Part shown: in pieces, positions 1 through 7,898 of the stretch
Numbering within the stretch: position 1 is the stretch's first letter
How the letters are laid out: the number at the start of each line of letters is the position of its first letter
DNA from: Bacteroidales bacterium
Lineage (GTDB): Bacteria; Bacteroidota; Bacteroidia; Bacteroidales; Dysgonomonadaceae
NCBI GenBank assembly: GCA_012838585.1
Contig: DUPB01000031.1
Span: 1,017 to 65,016 of the forward strand
Reading direction: 5' to 3'
Length of the DNA stretch: 64,000 nucleotides
Notes under the pieces: model-generated
Told to the model about the DNA's origin: nothing
Databases searched by the model: none
Seen by the model: only the letters and a program-made list of their open reading frames with translations
Position numbers and translations under genes: made by a program

Positions 1-62
1 AGAACATCTTACAGCCCAGTGAAGGCAATGCACCATCCAATTTTGAAGGTGAAGAGTGGTAA
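1..62 (+). CDS. 3' end of a gene truncated by the window edge (...NILQPSEGNAPSNFEGEEW*), probably a small protein upstream of the fimbrillin-like gene
   Basis: Open frame 3-59 ending in TAA at 60-62, 23 bp before the ATG at 86. Not in the ORF track because it is partial. Confidence 0.45.
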   Translation, partial: NILQPSEGNAPSNFEGEEW

Positions 63-85
63 GAAAACTATAACTTACTGACCCT

Positions 86-2071
86 ATGAAATACAGACTC
101 TTTTTATGGATGATAGCCGCACTTCTTGTTGTTGCCGGATGCACCAACGACGAGATCGCGAGCGAGCAACCGACACCTGAGACGGAAAAGGGCAAAATTA
201 CCCTTACGGCATCCGTGCCTGACGAGACACCACAAACCCGCCTCAGCTTGGGACAGCAAGCGGGAACACTGAATATTACAGTGAGATGGAAAGCATACGA
301 TCAGATAAGATTCTTCTTCAAACAAGGTGACGTGATTAAGGAGGGAACCCCCGTAACGTTAACCCCGGATGCTATTTCCGACGGCGGGAAAACAGCCACC
401 TTTACCATCGATATCCCGGCAGGAATTGACGGAAATGCCGCGTACACGCTTTACGCCGTTCACGGATCACCGTTTATTTCTTTAGACGTAGCCGGTAAGA
501 TAAACGTGCAGGTTCTTCCCGCAGAGTTTTGGACATTAACCAACCTTAACATGGTACCCATAGCTGGCCAAGTGGAAATTGCCGCGGGAGCCTCAATCGG
601 CACCATCAATTTCAATCATTTGGGGGCACTGCAATGCCTGAAAATAAAAAACAGTTCGAATACACAACTATCTTTTATTCCCCAATTGGAAAATGAGGAG
701 GGGGCGAAATGGTATTACGCCTTCTCGGACCCTAATGCTCCCTTTTACGACTTGATTGGTAATCAGGTTTCATACGCGGAGAAAGGAACTGTAATCGGTT
801 CAGCGTTAATTCACTTAAACTCCGGGGAAACAGTTCTATGCGCGCAATGGGTAATGCCTATTCCGAACGCGGCAGTTCCCGAGATAAAGCTTCGCATAGT
901 TCCTACCCATGGAGGACAAATTGTCTCCGTGAATAGTAAACCCGCTCGCGCGAATCCCATGCAGACAGGCAAAGCGTATCACCTCTACGCGTTGTGGAAC
1001 GGTACTTCGCTATACTTTACCGATGCCTCGTTGAACCCGCCCCCTCTTGTAGGTAATTTGATGCATGCCGATGGCGGTACCGATTTTATCGGTGTGGTGT
1101 ACTCCAAAGGCGACAACAAGGTGTATTACAATAGCACGAAAGACTGTTATGGTTGGCTGGGTGAAACCCTTTTGGGAACAGGTGCTGAAGCCCGCGTGGC
1201 AATAGACGGAAATAACCACCCGCACGTGGTGTTTACCACTACCGACGGAAAAATCGCCTATTGTAAACATAACGGTACGGCATGGAGCACGGAATATATT
1301 ACAACCAATAACGAGGGTGCATGCTCGAAACCCGATATAGCGGTTGATAACGACGAAAAGGCACATATTACCTATACCGATACGGAAGGACAAATCGGGG
1401 ATTACCATAATCTTCCCGATATCATGTACGCTACAAACCGCAGCGGCACATTTGAAAAAAATGTTATTTATAACGGGTATTATTCATATACAGAAAAGAT
1501 GGGCTACTATTACGATAAAGGCTCTCGTATCGCCGTGGACCCAAGCGGGAACTACTATATTATAACTCACCAGCGCTGGCAAATAAAAAGCACCTCCCCT
1601 TCTCCTGATTCTAATTATTATCGCGTAGTTATAAAAACCCCTACGGCAGGGGGAGTTTCTTCATCCGGCACAGACGATAACTGCGATATATATGACTTAG
1701 AGTATGTCACTTGGGATAAGACTATTAAAGCCCTTTATATGGAAGAAAACACAAACCGCACCGCTACTATCGAGGTGAATGGAAACAGCGCCTCATTTGT
1801 TAACCATTATAATATTACAACGACTACCGCTGTTCCTCACAGCCTATCATGTCATGGATTAAAGGCTAATATAGCAGGTCTATCCGGTTCTAACCTGTTT
1901 GTCAAGTGTTCAAACGCGGGTACCCCGGTGGAAAACATCTATTCAGATATAACCGTTAAGGATGGTACGCGGGTGGCAGCAGTTCAAATAGGTATCGGAT
2001 CGTATGTACATGTAGTATATACCGATAATGCTGATTCGCGCATAAAAGTGATGAAAATTGCGAGCTGGTAG
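86..2071 (+). CDS. Fimbrillin-like (type V pilus, Mfa/Fim) lipoprotein with a C-terminal beta-propeller-like domain
   Basis: Lipobox VVAGC at C19. N-terminal half resembles Bacteroidetes fimbrillin domains (ITLTASVP..TR, VRWKAYDQIRFF, PMQTGKAYHL). C-terminal half has repeated IA[IV]D-x4-H-[IV]-x-[YF] blade-like motifs. Confidence 0.7.
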   Translation: MKYRLFLWMIAALLVVAGCTNDEIASEQPTPETEKGKITLTASVPDETPQTRLSLGQQAGTLNITVRWKAYDQIRFFFKQGDVIKEGTPVTLTPDAISDGGKTATFTIDIPAGIDGNAAYTLYAVHGSPFISLDVAGKINVQVLPAEFWTLTNLNMVPIAGQVEIAAGASIGTINFNHLGALQCLKIKNSSNTQLSFIPQLENEEGAKWYYAFSDPNAPFYDLIGNQVSYAEKGTVIGSALIHLNSGETVLCAQWVMPIPNAAVPEIKLRIVPTHGGQIVSVNSKPARANPMQTGKAYHLYALWNGTSLYFTDASLNPPPLVGNLMHADGGTDFIGVVYSKGDNKVYYNSTKDCYGWLGETLLGTGAEARVAIDGNNHPHVVFTTTDGKIAYCKHNGTAWSTEYITTNNEGACSKPDIAVDNDEKAHITYTDTEGQIGDYHNLPDIMYATNRSGTFEKNVIYNGYYSYTEKMGYYYDKGSRIAVDPSGNYYIITHQRWQIKSTSPSPDSNYYRVVIKTPTAGGVSSSGTDDNCDIYDLEYVTWDKTIKALYMEENTNRTATIEVNGNSASFVNHYNITTTTAVPHSLSCHGLKANIAGLSGSNLFVKCSNAGTPVENIYSDITVKDGTRVAAVQIGIGSYVHVVYTDNADSRIKVMKIASW

Positions 2072-2101
2072 CATTAACAATAGATAAAACGCGGACAACA
2101 T

Positions 2102-2133
2102 AAAATCCCCGGCTAATCAAGTCGGGGATTTTT
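2102..2133. terminator. Intrinsic terminator hairpin, probably bidirectional
   Basis: AAAATCCCCGGCT-aatca-AGTCGGGGATTTT stem with A and T tails, between convergent genes. Confidence 0.8.
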
Positions 2134-2315
2134 GGTGTCAATCATGTAGCGACATGATATTATCGTATCTTAAAAATACAAGGATGAAGGCATTTTCCTT
2201 ACACGCGAGTTTGGAAACTCGCTCGCGCGACAAAATACTGAAAACTTGGTGTAATAGTCAAAAATGATGCTTTTTCACATAAGAAAATACCCTAAAGAGC
2301 CGATTATTTTTTTAC

Positions 2316-3308
2316 TTACACGTGTCTATGGCATAACCTTATGGCATCTAGGGCCGACTCGGCGGTACATTTTTCAGGAATTTCGTTCTTTATTATCGAA
2401 TCTACAAAATAGTTCAACTCATTCGCGAATCCCTGATTGCCATCACCCACGGGAATGAGCCGGGTGTCGGTATCGGTGGTAACAACGATATTACCCGGGT
2501 CTTTCCATGAATAGAGTATGCTGGCATCTGAAAAACGGGCGCTGAAACCTGCCTGAAACGGGTAAGACGAATGAAACGTGTTGCCACCTTCAATTTTCAC
2601 GACAAGCGACCTGTTTTTATAACGCCAAAAGGCGCTCACGTAGTCATAATTACTGAGTTTCCCGGGTAAAGTGGTGACGTTAACCTCGTCAGGGATACCA
2701 CAAACCCACTGCGTGTAATCGATGTCGTGAATCACCAAGTCGAACAAGGCACCACCCGATGAGCCAAAATCTTTCTGTTTCTCCTTCCATTGCCCCCACG
2801 TGGGAACACCCGAAAATCGCGACATGGACAAAAACTCAATTTCCCCCAATTCTTTCGAGTCAATCAGCTCCTTCAGCTTTTCGTAAGCGGGCATAAAACG
2901 AACCACCTGTCCTACCATCAAGGTTTTATTTTTGCTTCGTGCTAACGCTATTAACTCTTCACCTTGTGAGACATCCAAACAAAAAGGTTTCTCGACAAAA
3001 ACATGCGAACCATGCATCAGCGCAAGCTTTGCCATCTCGTAATGTAAAGCGGTATGCACTGATATTATGCAAGCATCTGGGTCTTCAGCGGCAAGACATT
3101 CGGCTAAATCCGAATATACTTTCACGTTTGCAATATCACTCTGGCTCAAACTTCCGGTTGAAAAATTGCCTAGATTTTCCTGCAATTTTTCAGGAACCTG
3201 CTCTGAGTTTTTGTCCACGATCGCAACGAGTTGCAAGTTAGAATTTTGCAAAATATTAAAGGTATGGGTCACCCCCATAAAGCCAAATCCAACAACTACT
3301 ATTTTCAT
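2316..3308 (-). CDS. Gfo/Idh/MocA family oxidoreductase (cytoplasmic)
   Basis: Rossmann motif VVGFGFMG, EKP motif (VFVEKPF), DLVIHDID motif; no signal peptide. Confidence 0.85.
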   Translation of the reverse strand: MKIVVVGFGFMGVTHTFNILQNSNLQLVAIVDKNSEQVPEKLQENLGNFSTGSLSQSDIANVKVYSDLAECLAAEDPDACIISVHTALHYEMAKLALMHGSHVFVEKPFCLDVSQGEELIALARSKNKTLMVGQVVRFMPAYEKLKELIDSKELGEIEFLSMSRFSGVPTWGQWKEKQKDFGSSGGALFDLVIHDIDYTQWVCGIPDEVNVTTLPGKLSNYDYVSAFWRYKNRSLVVKIEGGNTFHSSYPFQAGFSARFSDASILYSWKDPGNIVVTTDTDTRLIPVGDGNQGFANELNYFVDSIIKNEIPEKCTAESALDAIRLCHRHV

Positions 3309-3365
3309 AATTATTTTTTTTATTGTTCTGTGTATCTAATTCTATTTAAAAAAAGATATACTATT

Positions 3366-3452
3366 TCAGGTGTATTTGTTTCGTTTTACCCAATACGTTA
3401 ATATTTGCGCCATTTCCTTTATGGCCCGATTACTCCACGTTATATATTGCAT
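3366..3452 (-). pseudogene. Truncated RelE/ParE-family toxin (28 codons: MQYITWSNRAIKEMAQILTYWVKRNKYT*)
   Basis: Translated by hand. ATG at 3452 overlaps the antitoxin 3' end. The I-x-W-S-x-x-A and YW-x-x-RN pattern matches the N-terminus of Bacteroidetes RelE/ParE toxins. Premature TGA at 3366-3368. Confidence 0.6.
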
Positions 3453-3663
3453 CGTAAAAGATTTTTTGGGCTTCGTTGTTCGGTGTTACGTTTCCGGTTC
3501 TCAAGTCCTCCAATCCCTCATCAATTGCTTGCATCTCCGCCTCTGAAACTTCTATTTCTATATCATTCGGGTAAGCTGTAAAAGGTATTTTCATTTCACG
3601 CAGTAACGCCGTTAAGACATTACTTTGGCTTTTAGTTTGCGGATTAATTAAAATGGATTCCAT
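3430..3663 (-). CDS. Small acidic putative antitoxin (DUF2683-like)
   Basis: 77 aa; LTALLREMKIPF and the C-terminal AIDEGLEDLRTG helix are typical of RelE/ParE-associated antitoxins. Overlaps the toxin remnant. Confidence 0.55.
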   Translation of the reverse strand: MESILINPQTKSQSNVLTALLREMKIPFTAYPNDIEIEVSEAEMQAIDEGLEDLRTGNVTPNNEAQKIFYDAIYNVE

Positions 3664-3685
3664 CGTTTTTGATTTTTGATTACTA

Positions 3686-3693
3686 CAAAATTA
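3686..3693 (-). promoter_or_regulatory. Bacteroidetes sigma-A -7 box (TAATTTTG) for the antitoxin gene
   Basis: Matches TAnnTTTG, about 23 bp upstream of the ATG at 3663. Confidence 0.55.
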
Positions 3694-3793
3694 CATGAAA
3701 AACTTCCTATTTCCAAACGTCTGTAATGAAAGTCATGTGACCCACCGATTTTCCTAAACTTCCCATCTTGCTCGCGATGAATGAGATTTTTTG

Positions 3794-3801
3794 TACTTTT
3801 G
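3794..3801 (+). promoter_or_regulatory. Bacteroidetes -7 box (TACTTTTG)
   Basis: Matches TAnnTTTG upstream of the SGNH gene at 3887. Confidence 0.45.
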
Positions 3802-3886
3802 TCTTACGTGTGCCAGAGGAGTGATACCATGTTGGTTCATGCCTTAAAAATAAATTCATTAAGCATTCACCCAAACAACTGACAAT

Positions 3887-4627
3887 ATGCTAAAATTCAG
3901 ATTTTTAATCCTATCCCTTCTCTTTTCTGGGATTTCTCTCTTCACGATGGGGAATGAGGACACGTTAAGGGTCTTATTCGTAGGAAACAGCTACACCTAC
4001 TATAATAATCTCCCGCAATTGGTTTCTATTCTCTCAAAACAGACAGGAACAACATTAATAACCCAAAAAAGCGTTGTAGGTGGCGCGAAGTTAAGCGAGC
4101 ACTGGCATGGACAAAGAGGGTTAAAAACCAAAGAGATGATCAGAAGTGGCCATTACGATATCGTTGTCCTTCAGGAGCAGAGTATGGGAGCCATAGAGCA
4201 GAGTGATAGCCTCAAATTTTACGCTAAACTATTTTGTGAATTTATAAAAGAAAATGGTGCGGTCCCGTATCTATACCAAACCTGGGCAAGAGAAAAAGTG
4301 CCACAATATTTTGAAACCATTGAGAAGGTATACACGGAAGTCGCGGAAGAAAATGATGCACGCTTAGTCCCCGTGGGCCGTGCATGGAGGCTTGCCAATC
4401 AATCGCGCCCGAACATACAACTATTTGATCCGGACGGAAGCCACCCATCCAATTTAGGAACTTTTCTCGCGGCATGCCTGTTCACGGCAACAATAACAGG
4501 AGAAATACCTGAAACAATCCGTACCAACTATACCTGCCTTGACATTGAAGGAGAATCAATTACACTAATGATTCTTGATAAACTGGATGTCGTCTTCTGC
4601 CAAGAAATAGCCAGAGATCTCATTTAA
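3887..4627 (+). CDS. Secreted SGNH/GDSL hydrolase-family protein (DUF4886-like)
   Basis: N-terminal hydrophobic signal, block I VLFVGNSYT, VVLQEQS, and D-x-x-H motif DGSHP. Confidence 0.8.
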   Translation: MLKFRFLILSLLFSGISLFTMGNEDTLRVLFVGNSYTYYNNLPQLVSILSKQTGTTLITQKSVVGGAKLSEHWHGQRGLKTKEMIRSGHYDIVVLQEQSMGAIEQSDSLKFYAKLFCEFIKENGAVPYLYQTWAREKVPQYFETIEKVYTEVAEENDARLVPVGRAWRLANQSRPNIQLFDPDGSHPSNLGTFLAACLFTATITGEIPETIRTNYTCLDIEGESITLMILDKLDVVFCQEIARDLI

Positions 4628-4736
4628 AATGCTGATATTCGAAAATTACCCGCACAAGAAAATCAAAAAGCAACAAATTGTTAAATAATGCTAAGTCATT
4701 AAGCTATCACCTGAAAAAGCTGTATAATATTGGCAA

Positions 4737-4761
4737 AAAGGTATATAATTATATACCTTTG
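4737..4761 (+). promoter_or_regulatory. Perfect 24-bp palindrome (AAAGGTATATAATTATATACCTTT) overlapping a -7 box (TACCTTTG); probable HicB operator and promoter
   Basis: Palindrome read directly at 4737-4760, TAnnTTTG at 4754-4761, 30 bp upstream of hicA. Confidence 0.7.
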
Positions 4762-4790
4762 CATGAATGAATCAGTGAGCCATAAGTAGA

Positions 4791-4970
4791 ATGAAGTATA
4801 GCGAATATTTGAGAGAAGCAAGAAAAAAGGGATGGCAATATATTAGACCAAGGAAGGGTAGTCATGAGATTTGGGAAAAGGATGGGAAAAAGGTGTCAAT
4901 CCCAAATCATGGAGCAAAAGAGATACCGAAAGGTTTAGAAAGTAATTTAAGAAAGGAAATGGAAATGTAA
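4791..4970 (+). CDS. hicA: HicA family mRNA interferase toxin (59 aa: MKYSEYLREARKKGWQYIRPRKGSHEIWEKDGKKVSIPNHGAKEIPKGLESNLRKEMEM)
   Basis: Translated by hand (below the ORF track cutoff). Conserved KGSH catalytic motif and IPNHG..EIPKG; directly upstream of hicB. Confidence 0.9.
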   Translation: MKYSEYLREARKKGWQYIRPRKGSHEIWEKDGKKVSIPNHGAKEIPKGLESNLRKEMEM

Positions 4971-4999
4971 CTTTATAGTTCCCACAATAACAAAATAAA

Positions 5000-5395
5000 A
5001 TGAAAACCATACAAATTATTATTGAAAGAAGTTCTGATTCGTTTGGTGCTTACGCCAAAAACGTGAAAGGCATTTACGGTGCCGGTGATACTGTAGAGGA
5101 GTGTAAACAATCTATATTAGACGCTATTGAAACCATCAAGACATTTGACAACGATCAAATACCAGCGGCATTGAAGGGAGACTATAACTTGGTATACAAA
5201 TTTGATACCGAAAGTCTTTTACAATATTATAAAGGCATACTTTCTAATTCGGCAATCGAACGCCTTACCGGGATTAATCAAAAATTGATACACCAATATT
5301 CTACAGGGTTGAAAAAGCCACGGCCGGCGCAGCGTGAAAAAATTCAGGAGGGACTGCATCGGTTAGGACGAGAATTACTGGAAATAGAGTTATAA
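5000..5395 (+). CDS. hicB: HicB family antitoxin with C-terminal HTH
   Basis: RNase-H-like N-terminus (FGAY..GIYGAGDTVEECK) plus HTH (IERLTGINQKLIHQYSTGLKKPR). Confidence 0.88.
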   Translation: MKTIQIIIERSSDSFGAYAKNVKGIYGAGDTVEECKQSILDAIETIKTFDNDQIPAALKGDYNLVYKFDTESLLQYYKGILSNSAIERLTGINQKLIHQYSTGLKKPRPAQREKIQEGLHRLGRELLEIEL

Positions 5396-5591
5396 AATAA
5401 TAAAACCCTTAAAAAGCAAATAATTACCGTCAGCAAAATGACCGTGAACAACAGGTTCAACTGTAGTCCAATAGAATCAAAACCAAACATGGGTGGATAT
5501 ATCACTGGTAAAAAAACATTAAACTCAACCTATATGGAAGCAAATCAAGAAATGTTGTTTTTTATTGACGAAACATTTATGAAATAACGCC

Positions 5592-5721
5592 ACATAACAC
5601 AGTGTATAAACCATAAGGGTAACAGCGAATGGCGAAGGTTTTTCTTCGCATCAGCGTCTCATACCTAATAGCATGAATGTGTCCCAAAGTTTCTCGCGGC
5701 TCACACACCCTTCCGTTAAAT
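5592..5721 (+). other. Solitary attC-like recombination hairpin (ACATAAC ... GTTAAAT, 130 bp)
   Basis: TAAC/GTTA core ends, right end fits GTTRRRY. Inner arms GTGTATAAACC (5602-5612) and GGCTCACACAC (5698-5708) pair fully only on the bottom strand via G:T. Lies 4 bp after the stop of an orphan ORF tail (5438-5587). Confidence 0.5.
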
Positions 5722-5778
5722 ATAGTTAAAGTTGCGCCATTTCTTATCCCTCCGTTTGGTTTATATTATAAACCGATT

Positions 5779-5786
5779 TATATTTG
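5779..5786 (+). promoter_or_regulatory. Bacteroidetes -7 box (TATATTTG)
   Basis: Matches TAnnTTTG, 36 bp upstream of the ATG at 5823. Confidence 0.5.
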
Positions 5787-5822
5787 CATTCGATTTACAG
5801 TCATTCATTATTAAAAAAAACT

Positions 5823-6401
5823 ATGAAAGAAAAACAATTGAATGAGAAAGAGAGTTTAGAACTCATCACTCAAATGATTCGCAACACGCGACAGCGTATT
5901 GAAAAAGGGAACGGAATACCGTTTCTTATCTGGGGCTACACAACCGTACTTGTTTCGTTATTGGTTTGGTATCTGCTTTCAACTACGGGTAATCCTAATT
6001 GGAATTACTTATGGTTTCTTATCCCCGTCATCGGTTTTCCCGCGATGATGTGGGCTATTAGAAAACAAGAAAAGGGAGTAAAAACCTATATCGATAGGGT
6101 TATCGGTTACGTGTGGATTGTCGTTGGAATAGCTGGACTTGTCGTATCTGCATCAGCCATTTTTTTATGGAACTTGCCCATTCTTTTTATCGTGATACTG
6201 ATGATGGGGAGCGGAACCGCTATTACAGGATTGATTATAAAATTTAAGCCGATTATTTTCTCGGGATTTGCCGGGATTCTTCTCTCTTTCGTATGCCTGA
6301 TTGTAAAAGGATACGCATCCATCCTGCTTTTCGCGCTTATCTTTTTGGTAATGATGGTTATTCCCGGACATATATTGAATGTAAATAAGAAACATTATTA
6401 A
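5823..6401 (+). CDS. Multi-pass membrane protein of unknown function, paralog 1
   Basis: Likely start MKEKQLNEKESLELITQMIR at 5823 (ORF track start 5784 overlaps the promoter). About 6 hydrophobic segments; ends MVIPGHIL. Confidence 0.75.
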   Translation: MKEKQLNEKESLELITQMIRNTRQRIEKGNGIPFLIWGYTTVLVSLLVWYLLSTTGNPNWNYLWFLIPVIGFPAMMWAIRKQEKGVKTYIDRVIGYVWIVVGIAGLVVSASAIFLWNLPILFIVILMMGSGTAITGLIIKFKPIIFSGFAGILLSFVCLIVKGYASILLFALIFLVMMVIPGHILNVNKKHY

Positions 6402-7018
6402 TGTATAAGCATATGGAAAGCAACACTTTTACCGAAAAAGAAAGTTTGGCCCTAATAACCGAAATGATTCGTAGCGCCAAAAACAGATTAGAAAAAAATA
6501 GCGGCTTACCCTTTATTATCTCCGGATACATCACAATTGTGATGATTACCGCGAGTTGGTTTCTTCTGAACCACCATCACTATTGGAACTTATTGCTCTT
6601 TTCTATTCCTGTCTTTGGTTTCTTGAGTATTCCTTTAACAAATGCTTTATCAGCAAAAGAAAAGGCAAATCACCTTGATAGAATCATTAACAAAACATGG
6701 CTGATTCTAGCATTCGGACTTTTTGTCACGATGGTTGGCGGATTACCGGTATGGGCATTTCCCATGATTTTTTATAAGACGGTATCTTACTTTTTATTAT
6801 TTATCGGAATAGGGGTAATTATTACAGGTGTTGTAATTCGGTTCAGACCCTTTGTTTTTCTGGGTTTTCTCGGCATACTTGCATCATTGGTACCACTTTG
6901 GTTAAATTTCTTCGACAAGACACACTATATCGTGTGGTTCGCCGACATTCTGGTTATATTGATGATGATAATACCTGGACATATTTTGCATTACAAAAGA
7001 AATAAAAGTCATGTTTAA
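6401..7018 (+). CDS. Multi-pass membrane protein of unknown function, paralog 2
   Basis: TAATG coupling with the previous gene. Shares EKESL.LIT.MIR, G.PF.I.GY and M.IPGHIL with paralog 1. Confidence 0.75.
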   Translation: MYKHMESNTFTEKESLALITEMIRSAKNRLEKNSGLPFIISGYITIVMITASWFLLNHHHYWNLLLFSIPVFGFLSIPLTNALSAKEKANHLDRIINKTWLILAFGLFVTMVGGLPVWAFPMIFYKTVSYFLLFIGIGVIITGVVIRFRPFVFLGFLGILASLVPLWLNFFDKTHYIVWFADILVILMMIIPGHILHYKRNKSHV

Positions 7019-7301
7019 GCCACTTGACCCCCTGCTTCACTCTGAACTTCGATTGGCCATTATCTCCATATTGCTATCGGTAGAAGAAGCCGATTTCGTC
7101 TACCTCAAAGAGCAGACAAAGTCCACATCGGGAAACCTGAGCGTGCAGATTGACAAGTTAAGCGAGGCGGGTTACATTGAAGTTAAAAGGGGGTTTGTAG
7201 GAAAACGAACCCGTACCGTATGCAAAATCACGCGAGTCGGTATAAAAGCCTTTGAAGAGTATGTTGAATCTCTAAAAGGGTATCTAAACTTGAATAAGTA
7301 A
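7011..7301 (+). CDS. Winged-helix (MarR/ArsR-like) transcriptional regulator
   Basis: LDPLLHSELRLAIISIL..ADFVYLKE..T.GNLSVQIDKLSEAGYI pattern; overlaps the upstream gene by 8 bp. Confidence 0.8.
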   Translation: MFKPLDPLLHSELRLAIISILLSVEEADFVYLKEQTKSTSGNLSVQIDKLSEAGYIEVKRGFVGKRTRTVCKITRVGIKAFEEYVESLKGYLNLNK

Positions 7302-7350
7302 TAAATCGGATTGTAAGAGATAATTTTACATAGAAATAAAATCCCAGAAA

Positions 7351-7383
7351 TTACATATATGTAAACTATTTGATTTATCTTTG
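7351..7383 (+). promoter_or_regulatory. 14-bp palindrome TTACATATATGTAA plus -7 box TATCTTTG
   Basis: Palindrome at 7351-7364, TAnnTTTG at 7376-7383, ATG at 7388. Confidence 0.55.
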
Positions 7384-7387
7384 TATT

Positions 7388-7693
7388 ATGAAAGCAAATG
7401 ACGGACAGATTACCGACTACGATGTGGTACTGGATGCGAAATTTGGCAAAACAGGCACGCCCGAGCGGGAACAAGCAAATAAAGATGCTTATACATTTTA
7501 CATGGGACAGATACTAAAGGAAGCACGCCAAAATGAAAAAATGACACAGGCAGAACTTGCGGAAAAAGTTGGAATGAATAAAACCTACATCTCTCGTATA
7601 GAAAAAGGAACGATAGAACCGGGTATAGCCACCTTTGGCAAGATTATTAATGCGCTTGGCTTGAGGATAGAAATAGTGAAAACTTTAGCATAA
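7388..7693 (+). CDS. XRE-family HTH protein, HigA-like antitoxin with no adjacent toxin
   Basis: LDAKFGKTGTPERE N-terminus plus HTH_3 (LKEARQNEKMTQAELAEKVGMNKTYISRIEKG). ATG at 7388 preferred over 7370. Confidence 0.75.
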   Translation: MKANDGQITDYDVVLDAKFGKTGTPEREQANKDAYTFYMGQILKEARQNEKMTQAELAEKVGMNKTYISRIEKGTIEPGIATFGKIINALGLRIEIVKTLA

Positions 7694-7770
7694 TCGACTC
7701 TATTCAAGTTTTTTCTAACTATGGCGAGGTACCATCCATCTGGTAAGCCATGCGATTTCCAAAAACATTT

Positions 7771-7803
7771 TAGCGGGGTATTCCACTGCCCCGCTATTTT
7801 TTT
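7771..7803 (+). terminator. Intrinsic terminator
   Basis: TAGCGGGG-tattccactg-CCCCGCTA followed by a T run. Confidence 0.8.
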
Positions 7804-7844
7804 GTCTCAATTCAAGAAAATTAACACGAAAATCATGCTATCTT

Positions 7845-7870
7845 GCAACATTTCTGCTTTTAGAAACATC
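7845..7870 (+). promoter_or_regulatory. Candidate ECF-sigma autoregulated promoter GCAAC-N17-CATC
   Basis: Resembles the generic ECF consensus (G[G/C]AAC-N16/17-C[G/A]TC), 28 bp upstream of the ECF gene. Inference only. Confidence 0.3.
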
Positions 7871-7898
7871 ATATTAGTGTAAACAGGAAATTATTTAT

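Noticed and set aside
2203-2230. Small hairpin GCGAGTTT-gg-AAACTCGC
   Set aside because: Single copy with no shared blocks with the MITE family; may be a terminator-associated or degenerate REP remnant, but unsupported.
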